DNA from: Lama guanicoe
Taxonomy: Eukaryota
DNA length: 32,558 bases
NCBI GenBank assembly: GCA_013239625.1
Contig: MU054044.1
Location: forward strand, 1 to 32,558
Reading direction: 5' to 3'
Below, piece by piece: positions 1 to 11,030 of the stretch (within the stretch, counting starts at the first letter, position 1; each line of letters opens with the position of its first letter). The notes beneath the pieces were generated by a model. That model did not search any database and had not been told where the DNA came from. It saw only the letters and a list, made by a program, of their open reading frames with translations. Position numbers and translations under genes: made by a program.

Positions 1-1820
1 TGAAAATGACTCTACACAATGGGTAAAGAGCACAGTTTGATTTTGCCTGCCCCAGACCAGCACTGTTCCTCTCCAAGAGAAAACTCCCTCGCCAGAGAAG
101 GGAAAGGAAAACTGTGTATTATGCTGCTGTTGGATGCTGCTGCCAGGGCTGACTGAAGGTGTCTGTGCGGTGGCATGTAGCTCCCCTCACAAGGAAAAGG
201 AGAGCAGGTCAAGTGACCAGCTTCCCCAGCCTTTCAGTGCTCTGCACAACAAATTCCCTTTGGTCTCTGTTCTCCCAGAGAGATCAGCAAAACTGAGACA
301 TCTAGAGAGAGCTACGAACAAGGAAGAAGCACAGAAGCAACGTGGCAGGAATAACCTTATTCCAGGATCCTGTTCTACAGAGGATCCCAGCAACCTTCAC
401 CACCGAGTAGCTCAACAGCCCTTGTGGACCCCACAGACACCCCCAGCTTTCACCACTGAGAACCTCTTCATGGACCCCAAACCGCTCTGCAGAGGACCCC
501 AGCTGCTTTCTCTAAAGAGTAAACCAATGGCCTGCATAGCCACCACGGCTCCTTGCAGATTTTGTCACTAAGGTTTTAGAGGTTTTCCCCTTCCCTGACA
601 CCAGCTGTCTGAGACCCTCCCCTACTCCTTCCCCCACCAGCCCTGAAACAGGCATCCATACCAGCAGCCAGCCCAGCCTTGGTGGCTGCATTCATGCAAG
701 AGTCATCAAGGCTCTTGTAACCAACTTCCATTGCAGTGGGTACAACAGAGGCAAAACCTTTCAGCCACACAAGGGTGCACCAACTGCCAGAGCCCACACA
801 AATGCTCGTGGGCCCAGTCCCAACCCTGATCCGTGTCACTGGCCTGCACCACTGTCCACGTCTGCAGGTAGCCCCTGCAGTTATGCACCTATAAAATGCT
901 GGCCACAGATAGCATTATCAGGATCAACGTTGGTGCACATGCCAGAAGCTAGTCCCTACAGCCACCCAAGTGCATGTAGACAGCCCAGGCCCTGCATCTA
1001 CTCAGGCTTCTGAGCCTGCTGGACTCCCCTCACTGGGCCGCACTAATGCATATGCTTGCAGCTAGCCCCGACAGCCACCGCGACCATTACTGCCAGACGC
1101 ATTTTTCATCACTGGCCCCAACCATCATGCACGTGCCTGTGGCTAGCCCCTGCAGCCATGCAACTGCATGCCAACATCCAAGTGCCCACGGCTGCTTGTG
1201 TGCCTGCAGTTGGCCCTGGCTCTTGCTGCTGGTCCCAGCCCTTCACACTGTGTGTATGTCTGCTATTGGCCCCTGCCACCACATAGGCACCTTCAGTCAG
1301 CCCGGACAGCAGCATCTGACAGCAGCATAATACACATTCTGCTCAAGTGCAGGTGGAACATTCTCCCACATAGATCATAGGTTAGACACAAAACAAGTCT
1401 GAGCAAATTTAAAAAGACTGAAATCATACCAAATAACTTCTCTGACTACAATGGTATGAAAGTAGAAATCAACAGGAAAACTACAAAATGTACAAATATA
1501 TAGAAATTAAAGAACACACTCCTGAACAAGCAATGGGTTAAAGATGAAATTAAGATATCTCGAAACAAACAAAAATAGAAACACAATACATCAAAACTTA
1601 CGGGATACTGGAAAAGCAGTGCCAAGAGGGAAGTTTAGAGCAATAAATGCCTACATTAAGAAAAAAAGGAAAATCTCAAATGAACAATGTCATTTTACAC
1701 CTTAAAGAACTAGAAAAAGAAGAATTAAGCACAAAGTTAGCAGAAGGAGATAAAGATCAAAGCAGAAATAAATAAAATAGAGACTAGAAGATCAATGGAC
1801 AAGATGGAAGAAACTATGAG
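1..1820 (+). mobile_element. Internally deleted LINE-1: GC-richer 5'UTR (L1M2/L1MA-type, ~1-1310) fused directly to an ORF2 segment (end of endonuclease domain and downstream linker, ~1312-1820)
   Basis: From ~1312 the sequence 'catctgacagcagcataatacacattctgctcaagtgcaggtggaacattctcccacatagatcatag...aaaacaagtctgagcaaatttaaaaagactgaaatcatacc...gactacaatggtatgaaagtagaaatcaac' matches canonical L1 ORF2. Upstream is C-rich sequence with degenerate tandem units (ccctgcagc/catgc motifs) typical of L1 5'UTRs. ORF1 is absent. Confidence 0.8.
113..175 (-). repeat. 63-bp inverted copy of 1274-1336 (56/63 identical)
   Basis: The reverse complement of 113-175 is tgccaccgcacagacaccttcagtcagccctggcagcagcatccaacagcagcataatacaca. 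Positions 1274-1336 read tgccaccacataggcaccttcagtcagcccggacagcagcatctgacagcagcataatacaca. The ORF track shows the same thing (PPHRHLQSALAAASNSSIIH vs PPHRHLQSARTAASDSSIIH). Confidence 0.95.
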
Positions 1821-2719
1821 TCATAAATCAAATCAGATTAGTTGCTTTAAACCTAGTCTTTAAAACTATCTGTGAAATTTGTTGCCTTAATATCAAAAAA
1901 ATTTGTATAATTTCTATAGTCCTTAATACTTCATTTTAAACTGAGAAACTCTATGTAGCAGTCTATAAGCTAATCTGAGGTATTGAGGATGTTCTTTTAA
2001 TAATACATCTCACTTCACATTATTTTCAAGTCAAGAATCATCCTTGAATTGGAATCATCCTTGATCAATGGACTCACTACTTCCTGTTGCACCTGTTTCC
2101 TCAGGTTTCCCTTCTGTGTACTTTATTATCAGACTGACTCTTAATAAGTGATTGCTTTCTGAAGTCAAATTAAAGTAAAATAAATTTTATGCATAACTTG
2201 TTTTTTAGATTTTTAGTAGAAAAGGCTATCAGATCAGACTTAGATTAAATTTGCTATCTCAGTATCTAAATTACACTACTCCTCCCACCTCCCCTTGAAG
2301 TACTAACTTTGACAATAACTAGCAGAAGTATTAATAATGGCTTCCTGTGAAATACACACAAACCTCATAAAAAATGGATGATGAAGTAGACAAAAGAACT
2401 CTGCTAAGTCATTTATAGCTTTGCAACACTGACTGAAAGTCTTCAATTAGGAAATATTCTGCTCAATTATGGCAAACCATGACATTTTTAAAGTACTGAT
2501 AAAATTACAATGATCAAATCCATTTTTATGGGTCACATTTGTGATGTAATTTTTTAAAATATCAAAAGACAACATTTTTTTCCTGGAAATGTATTACAAA
2601 GATGCCAATCCAGGGTAACTTATAACAGACTACCTTCTTCCATAAAGGCCCTGAGGTCACAATTCTGTCAATACACCTTTAATTACAATAGATATAATTT
2701 TTTCTAGGTTTTAGTCTCT

Positions 2720-2962
2720 ACACTGGTAGCTAACAGAGCATGTGGACTTGAGGTGCTGTTTAAGTGACAGGTAGTTTCTAATTCACAAAGTACATGACAT
2801 CATAAAGATAACTGACCTCAGCCTCCTAATTTTGCTGTTTAAGAAACTGAGACTCGGAGGGTGGATATTACATGCTCACTGTGGTTTACAGTAGAGTTGT
2901 GTCCAGTAAACAGGGTTTCTTATTTCAGTTCATTGTTCCTTTCCTTTGCATCATTTTGCCTA
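2720..2962 (-). mobile_element. Degenerate MIR SINE
   Basis: Contains 'aagaaactgagactcggaggg', like the reverse-strand MIR core 'gaggaaactgaggcacagagagg', with compatible flanks. Confidence 0.5.
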
Positions 2963-3874
2963 CACTGAAATCTCTTTTTGTAAGTACAATGAGAAAATGT
3001 AATTAAAAATAATTTTTCTGGAAATTTCATGCCCAACTCAGTGTTTCAGAATCCATAACACCCTGCATTTTGACATGTATGAGCATCACCTTACATTAAT
3101 ATTATTGTAAAGCCACGTGTACCTGCAAGTCTACGGCTCTTGTTTAGCTCCATTATATTATCTACAAATAGTATACTGGAATTTGTTCTGTATGGACCAT
3201 CTAAATTGTCTATTAAGAAAACCTGACTTCAATGAATAATTGTAAACTCGCTGCTTCCTTTCTTTGTCTAAAATGATTTTAATACATTCTTATTTTTATT
3301 CAGACAAATGGAAATATTACAACATACTGATATCTGCTTTTCTCAGATTACTTTGTCATAGCTAACACAGAATCTCTGCTTCTATATAGAATTTCAAATG
3401 CAATCTCCACAGCATTTGTACTGAGGAACTGAAAGGATAATTTAGATCTTATCTTGGTTGACATTCTAATGGATTATAACACAAGATAAACAGCTATGCT
3501 CACTTAAAAACTGGTGGACATAAATTAGGAACATTGAAAACATTCCACTGGTGGCTAACATATACAGTCATGATTTTCAGTTTATTTTTTGGAGATTAAA
3601 ATAATTGCTTAAAAAGTAAACTGATTATCTTTATTTTCCTTTCCATGTGCCTAACCCATATTAAAAATGTTTCTTTTTGCAAATCCCATTTTTTTTGTTA
3701 CATCTGAGTTAGGGATGTAGAAGGTATGAGTTAATTAGATAGTGACTTTTGTTTTATATCTCTTATATAAAAAAATAAGTCAGCAAAAACTGAATCTATC
3801 TAAGAGTTAAACATCTGAAGAATAAGAAGGCTTAACTCTCTATGTTATTTTGGGCAGTGAGGTCAACAGAGCAC

Positions 3875-3990
3875 ATTCATTCATCTTTTCAATATTCACT
3901 GGATGCCTACAATGTAAAGTATCCCATGAGCTGGTAAAGAGTGCTTATCAGCTAAAGTTAACTAACTATAAAGGATCACTGCCTTCAGGG
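3875..3990 (-). mobile_element. L2 3' end fragment
   Basis: 'cattcattcatcttttcaatattcactggatgcctacaatgt...cactgccttcaggg' resembles the reverse complement of the L2 tail (ttcattcattcaacaaatatttattgagcacctactatgtg). Confidence 0.55.
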
Positions 3991-4012
3991 AAATAACTAT
4001 ATATACAGAGAC

Positions 4013-4026
4013 ATATATATGTGTGT

Positions 4027-4058
<32 letters not shown>
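4013..4058. repeat. (AT)n/(TG)n microsatellite
   Basis: Directly visible: atatatat followed by a (gt)n run with one interruption. Confidence 0.95.
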
Positions 4059-4229
4059 TTATACTCAGTATGTGTAGAAATAGTCTAACTTTACTGAGGT
4101 TCATTTTGGAGAATGAGTGAGTAGGAAATAAGAATGTATGTTATCTGAAAATCCACATTATATAATTAACTAATATGAACTGAGCTCTTATGATGTGACA
4201 GGTCCTTTGCCTGCATTTATTAGTACATT

Positions 4230-5950
4230 TCTTTTTTTTTAATTAAAGACTTAACTTTTTCAGATCACTTTTAGATTTACAACAGGTTGGGAGGAAAGGT
4301 ACAGAGATTTCCCATATACCCCTGCCCTCACCCATACATTGCATTTTCCATTATCAGTATCACCAACCACGATGGTACATTTTTCACCAAGGATGAATAC
4401 ATTGACACATCATGATCACCCAAAGTCCACAGTCTACCCTGAGGTTCAACCATCTTGGTATTATACACTGTATGAATTATGACAAATGCATAATTACAAG
4501 TATCTTTCACTGTAATATCATACAGAGTATTTTTACTGCACTAAAATTCTCTGTCCTCTGCTTATTCATCACTCCCATATGACCAACAACTCTGGTAACC
4601 ACTGATTATTTTATTATATGTATAGTTTTCTCTATTCCAGCATGTCATATAGCTGGAATCATACAATATATAGCCTTTTCTAATTTTTTTTTTTTACTCA
4701 GTAATACGCATTTGAGGTTCCTTTATGTCTTTTCCTGGCCTGAAAGCCCATTTCTTTTTAGTACTGAACGGTTTTCCATTTTCTGTATATATCATAGTTT
4801 GTTCATCCATTCCTGTTTTGGCATTTATGAATAAAGCTGCTATTAACAAACACGTGAAGGTTTTTATGTAGATGTAAGTTTTCAACTCCTTTGAGTAATT
4901 ACCAAGGGGTATGACGGCTAGATCACATGCTAAGACTATGTTTAGTGTTGTAAGAATTAAACTGTCTTCTGAAGTGGCTGTAGCATTTTGTATACTCGCC
5001 CAGCAATGAATGAGAATTCCTGTTGTTCAATAGCATTTGGCATTGTTAGTATTCTGGAATTGGGCTGATATAATACGTATGTAGAGATATCTCATTGTTA
5101 CTTCAATTTGCATTTCACTGATGACATTTTGATATCCTTATTTCCCATCTGTATATCTTCACTGGCAGGTATCTGCAGAGGTCTTTGGCCTATTTTTTAA
5201 TTAGGTTGTTTATTTAATTGTTGAGTTTTAAGAGATCTTTGTATATTCTGAAGAACAGTCCTTTATCAGATATATACTTTACAAGTATTTTCTCCCACTC
5301 TGGCTTGTCTGTGAAATGCCTTAATATTGTCTTTCATAATGCAGAATTTTTTAATTTTAATTACATCTAGTGTATCAATTATTTCTTTCTTGTATCTTTG
5401 GCATTATATCTAACTAAGGTCATGACCTAAAGTCATGTAGGTTTTCTCCTATGTCACCTTCCTGGGGTTTTAGAGTTTTATGTTTTACATTATTTAGGTC
5501 TATAATCCATTTTAAGTTAATTTTTTGAAGGTTTGTAAGGTTTTTGTCTAGGTTCATTTTATTGCATGAGAATACCCTGTTGCTCCAGCATTACTTGTTG
5601 AAGAGGATGTCTTTCTGCATTGTATTGCCTTTGCTTCTTTGCCAAAAATCAGTTGACAACATTCATGAGGGTCTATTTCTGGGCTCTCTATTCTCCTCCA
5701 TTGATCTTTTTGCCTATTCTTTGCTAGTATCACATTTTCTTCATTACTGGAGCCTTATAGTAAGTCTTAATGTAGGATGTCCTCTAGGCTTGTTCCTCTC
5801 TTTTAATACTATGTTTGCTACTCTGGGACTTTTTACTCTTTTTATAAACTTTAGAATCAGTTTGCTGATATATATAAAATAACTTGCTGGGATGTTGACT
5901 GAGATTGCACTGAATCTATAAATCAAGTTGGGAAGAACTGACATCTTTCA
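4230..5950 (-). mobile_element. LINE-1 3' portion, L1MC1-like (3'UTR plus ORF2 C-terminal part), 5'-truncated
   Basis: T-run at 4228-4240 is the poly(A) remnant. It is followed by 'ggtacagagatttcccatatacccctgcc...ggtacatttt...gatgaatacattgacacatcatgatcacccaaagtccacagtc', the L1MC1-type 3'UTR. Minus-strand ORF 5744-5944 'MSVLPNLIYRFSAISVNIPASYF...LILKFI...PRVANIVLKERNK' is L1 ORF2 homology. Confidence 0.9.
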
Positions 5951-6084
5951 TCAAAGCTACCACAGTTTTTGTTTAGACACCTAAGCAGTTACGAGCGTTC
6001 TTTACCAAATATTTTTAGATTCCTCTGGAAATATATTTACAAGATAATTCCTTAATTATTCACTTCCATGTTCCATGTCCCTAG

Positions 6085-6556
6085 ACAGTACAAGCATAGA
6101 TGATGACGATGAAGTGGGATAGCTCTGAATTCAAATTTATTTTACGTTCCATATATTAGCTCTGTGCCATTGGAAAGGGAGATGAATATATGCACTGAAT
6201 ATTTACTATGTGCTAGGCAATGTGTTAAGCATTCTACTACATACACTATGTTTCCAGTTCACACCTTTAACATAAATTTTAAAGCAAGTATCATTCATCT
6301 CATTGTATATCTGATGAAGATGAAACAGAGAAATCAAATGGTTTATCAAAACCATAAAATCAGCAGTAGGACAATTTGGGATTTAGTCTATATCTGAGAA
6401 ACTCTAAAGACTGTTCATGATTTACCACACGCATAAACTACTTAACTTTATGAAATCTTAGGTAGAAACAGAATGTGCCATAGGACTGTTTTGTAGACTT
6501 AATAAATTATCATGTGTTAATGTACTGGGTAGGTAATATGGGTGCAAAAAATGATG
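6085..6556 (+). mobile_element. MIR (outer copy, pieces ~6085-6175 and ~6433-6556) interrupted by an opposite-strand MIR
   Basis: 'acagtacaagcatag...ctgaattcaaat...attagctctgtgccattgg' matches the MIR 5' part. It resumes at ~6433 with 'aactacttaac...cataggactgttttgtagacttaa', the next consensus segment. Confidence 0.5.
6185..6432 (-). mobile_element. MIR SINE (inner copy)
   Basis: 'actgaatatttactatgtgctaggcaatgtgttaagcatt...gatgaagatgaaacagagaaatcaaatggttt' matches the reverse-strand MIR consensus. Confidence 0.65.
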
Positions 6557-6879
6557 TCTCCTAATCAGGATTCTTCTTCACCCTCTCTCTCCTGTTGTGT
6601 TCCTTCCCCTTTTTATATCCTCCTTTAATTTTTATAGCCAATACCTAAATTAATATTTTAAACTATTTAATGTTTGTCTAAAACCAGGATGTGATAAAAA
6701 CTAACAGAATAGACTATCAGAGATGTTTAACTGTCAGTGTCCAAAACCATAAAATACACAAAACCTGGTCTCTGTTATTTTCAGTATTAAATACTATAAT
6801 ACCAATAATGACTATATATACATATACTCATTCAAAAATAACCCTTTTTATTTTCATTTTCCTTTGTTGAATGACAAAG

Positions 6880-7470
6880 AAACTGTGAGGATGATCCAGC
6901 TCCCACTGCCAGCTAAGTTTTGGAAGGACCCTACAGAACATACATCTTTGGACACGTGAACTAAACATCGGAAAATCTATGAACTAATTTAAGAATGGAA
7001 AAGAATATTCCATTTCGTGAAATATGATTACTGTTGCCTTTTCCCTTACTTCTCTGCTTTTAATGTCAGCTTCTCAAGTTAAAATCACTCCTATAATCAA
7101 GTCTAGCAGAATTCTATTCCATTTTTTATAAAACGGTGCTTTAGAGTTAATTTTGGAAGGGCTTTTTCTTCTGTGAAGGACTGTTATATATACTTTCATG
7201 TTCAACAGCAAAAAAGGTTTGCACAGTAGCAAGATTTAAGACAAATACTGATGGTCTGTTTAGTTTGTCAGAATTTATTTTGTTCAAGCAATTTCTGAAA
7301 TTGCTTTTGTGGATTTATATTTCATTTTAATTGGGACAAAATGAACAGTGTCAGGTGAGATACTGATTGCTTTCTATATATGCTGACAGGGAAATATATC
7401 TTAATAGAGAGTTGCTGGCTTTACTTTTTAAATGGACTTGTGTCTTGAATAAAGGTTTTCAAATATATTG
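6880..7470 (+). other. Possible 3'-terminal exon of an unidentified gene (short coding tail plus AT-rich 3'UTR)
   Basis: Pyrimidine-rich tract 6842-6868 and AG at 6878-6879. The short GC-richer stretch after it reads NCEDDPAPTAS* (stop 6914-6916) or TVRMIQLPLPAKFWKDPTEHTSLDT* (stop 6957-6959). It is followed by repeat-free sequence with AATAAA at 7448-7453. The acceptor is weak (AAG) and I do not recognise the peptide. Confidence 0.25.
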
Positions 7471-9669
7471 ACTAAATATTAAATACCTATCAAGAACTTT
7501 TTAAATATGTATTTATAACATCTCATTTTAGTTAAAATATTTCTAATTTTACTTGAGAGAACCAAAATTTTAATTGGTTTCTCTCTATATTTTTCTTTGT
7601 TTCATTTTTCTGTACTTCCAATAACATGCAGCTGTTCTCATTCAATTAATCTACTCCTAGGAAAACATACATGACTCACAGAGGCAACTAAATGAGAAAA
7701 ACACCTGAAATTCACATTTCTGGCACTCTATTAGAAGTGACTTCTGTATTTTAAAACATAGCTCAATTACCAAAAACTTATTTCTACTCATGTTTTCATA
7801 GAAAAGTTTTGTTATGTTATACATAACTATTAATTTATTTTAATTAGTTAAAACATAGTAACAACTATGGTGACAGGATTCAAAGTTCTCAAATTTCACT
7901 TCTAAAATAGATGATCATGTTTACTCAGTAAAATAACGGCCTGACCAACTGCTACTGAGGGCTGCCTCTGTTCAGAAAGGCTCTGAAGTAGTAACCTTAT
8001 CCTGTTGTGTCTTCCACATCACTGATGAGATAAAGACTACTGATAACAAAAGTTAATGTCAACAAAGACCCCCGATTTTCAGTTTCACATATGATTTTAG
8101 GTCATCTTATTTAAAACATTTTTTTAAAAAGATTGACAATGAGGAATGCCAAAGACAGTTCCTCAGAAGACATCTGCAGTGGTCTCCAGGAGCAGCACGG
8201 CGGCTCTGACAGTGGGGTGGAGTAAGGGGCAGCTGCCTTAATTCAATGATATGTTAGCTCAATTCTAACTCTATGTCCATTTTTTTGTTTGTTTCATAGA
8301 TAATTCCTTAATGATTAAGAAGATTCTCACCTGTTCTGTTCTTGTTGATCTGCAGACTTATCTCCAGGAGACAAGACTGTTTTCACTGTATTTTTGATAA
8401 GAGAATTAAAGAAGCCAAGGAACTAAAGTTTTAAAGACATGATTTTGATAAAATAATCCCTTTTTCTTCTTCCCTCAAAATGCTATACACATTATGAAAT
8501 ACTGCAGAGGCCTCTACTTAACTACTGTTTTTATTTGTCACCTTCCTTCTCTACCTGAATAAAATTAAGACTTCTAGCCTATGCACTTCTACGCAGAAAG
8601 CAGCAGCATAACTGCATCACTTTGGTGCCTATACACATATAGTCATGCGTAGAAAAGTGAAAAAAAAGCTGATGATCACAGTATAAGAACGAAGTATGTC
8701 TTCTTATCCTGAACTACTTCATATATACATCCATGGTCACAGGAACATATCATAAGGAATACAGTTAAGCTCAAACTCTCACCGAGGTGGAATTATGAAA
8801 TAACTGGTGTGGTTCCTTGTCTGTTTCTCATTATATGCAATATTTATCTTCTATGACTCATCAATTGCCTAACATACGTCCCTTATTAAGGTGCCTGACT
8901 CCTTTAAACAAATGGTTTTGTGTTATGGATAGTTTTTTAAAAATATGGATCATTGACTGTCTTTAATGCCAGCAAGTGCTGTGTTTTGGCCTGGATGCAC
9001 GCTCATACAAAGCTAATGCATTGTCAAACTCTCTGAAGTCAGTGAAAGTAGCAAATCTGAAGTAGCTTAGGAAAGGTCCTGAAATAGATAATACATTGAT
9101 GTAGAGAGAATGGTATCCTTTCCCACATGCTTCAGCAAGTTGGATAATCTGTCTTTTTCAGGTGGATGTTGACCTCAGGAATCTTTTAAGTGAAGTATTT
9201 CAGCTACAGTAATGACTTCATTAATAAATCATAGACAGATACTTTGAGATACATATATCGTTAAGTAGTTGAAATAAGATTTGTCCTTCTGTAGACTGAG
9301 TATGTAAATTTGGTTGTGACTTAGCCAAACCTAACTACCTAGAAAACATTTTATACTCTCTAATTGTGTCACCAAATTATCATTGTTTCAGCCTTATGTA
9401 TTTTTTAAGGATTGCCTTATTCTCAGCCTGTGGCCTGACTGTGATTCACCTTGAATAAAGGCATCCCCAAAATACAGTGTAGTGTGGGTGGTTGTAGATT
9501 TGAGCACTTGCAGGTTATCTTGAAAAATATTCCATGTAAGTCAGCAACCACTCTCCCCCTAATTCATTTGCAAAGTAAGGAAACTCTGATATATTTTAGG
9601 GTATAATAGATATACTCAACAAAGTATTGCTCTACTTACCTTCTATTAACATACAAGTGCATTTACTAT

Positions 9670-11002
9670 CTTTTACTGAAGTATATAGTTGATTTACAAT
9701 ATTTTATTAGTTTTGGGTATACAACATAGCGATTCAAAAATATATGTATTATACTACATTTAAAGTTATTATAAAATATCAGTTATATTCCCTGTGCTGT
9801 AAAATATAACCTTGAACCTTATTTACTTTATACATAGTGGTTTGTTTCTCTTAATTCCCTTCCCTTGTCTTGCCCATCCCCACTTCCTTCGCCCCACTGG
9901 CAAACAGTATCTGTGGGTCTGTTTCGGTTTTGTTATATTCGTTTGTTTATTGTTTGGATTCCACATATAAATGATAACAGAGTACTTTCTTTATCTGACT
10001 TATTTCACCAAGCATAAGATCCTCCAGGTCCATCCATGTATGTGCAAATGGCAAAATTTCATTCTTTTTTTATGGCTAAGTAGCATTCTGGGTGGGGGTG
10101 CGTGTGTGTGTGTGTGTCTGTCTGTCTGTCTGTCTGTCTGTCTCATGTTCTTTATCCACTCATCTACTGATGGACACTCATGTTGCTTCCATATTTTGGC
10201 TACTATAGATAATGCTGCGATGAACATTGGGGCACGTGTGTCTTTCAAATTAGTGTTTTTATTTTCTTTGGACATATACCCAGGAGTAGAATTGCTGCAT
10301 AATATGGTAGTTCTATTTTTAGTTTTCTGAGGATCCTCCATAATGTTTCCATAGTGACTGCACCAATTACATCCCATCAAAAGGGTACAAGGGTTTCCCT
10401 TTCTCCACATCTTTGCCAACATTTATTTGTTGTCTTTTTAATGACAGCCATTTTGACAGGTGTGAGGTGACGTCTCACTGTGGGATTGGTTTGTGTTTCC
10501 AATTTTTAGTGATGTTGAACATCTTTCCGTGTGCCCACTGGCCATATGTATGTATTCTATGGAAAAATGTCTACTTAGGTCTTCTGCCAACTTTTTAACT
10601 TGGTTGTTTGTTTTTTTGATATTGAGTTGTATAAGCTGTTTATTCTGGAAATTAATTTCTTTTCAGTCGTACAATTTGCAAATATTTTCTCCCATTCAGT
10701 AGATTAGTTTTTCATTTTGTCAATGGTTTCCTTTTCTGTGCAACAGCTTTTAAGGTTAATTAGGTCCCATTTGTTTACTTTTGCTTTTGTTTCCTTTATC
10801 TTAAAAAAAAAAAAGATTTATGTCAAAGAGCTTACTGTCTATGTTTTTTCCTAGGAGTTTTACGGTTTCCAGTCTTACATTTAGGTATTTAATCCATTTT
10901 CAACTTATTTATGTTGTGAGAAAGTGTTCTAATTTCATTCCTTTATATATATTTATTTTCTGTCTGGATGATCTGTCCATTGATGCAGTGGGGTGTTAAA
11001 GA
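9670..11002 (-). mobile_element. LINE-1, L1MA9-like laurasiatherian 3' end with ORF2 C-terminus; the last ~50 bp jump to the endonuclease region
   Basis: 3'UTR 'tgaagtatatagttgatttacaatatt...ttatattccctgtgctgtaaaatata'. Minus ORF 10000-10422 '...DTRAPMFIAALSIVAKIWKQHECPSVDEWIKNM' is the ORF2 C-terminal motif (MFIAALFTIAKTWKQPKCPS.DEWIKKMW). Positions 10955-11002 'ttctgtctggatgatctgtccattgatgcagtggggtgttaaag' are antisense endonuclease domain (DFNTPL..MDRSSRQKI). Confidence 0.9.
10102..10143. repeat. Compound (TG)n(TCTG)n microsatellite inside the L1
   Basis: Directly visible. Confidence 0.95.
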
Positions 11003-11008
11003 GCACGA

Positions 11009-11030
11009 TCTGTCTGTCTGTCTGTCTGTC
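11009..11030. repeat. (TCTG)n microsatellite
   Basis: tctgtctgtctgtctgtctgtc. Confidence 0.9.

Noticed and set aside
134..1380. Cluster of 60-145 aa ORFs on both strands
   Set aside because: They lie in the GC-richer, repetitive L1 5'UTR, are low-complexity Pro/Ala/Cys-rich and have no recognisable homology.
3290..3365. Acceptor-like 'tatttttattcag|acaaatgg' with short ORFs
   Set aside because: Common in AT-rich DNA, with no donor and no recognisable peptide.
8185..8240. REST/RE1-like (agcagcacggcggctct) and CTCF-like (gagtaaggggcagc) motifs
   Set aside because: Both miss critical core positions and are too weak without data.
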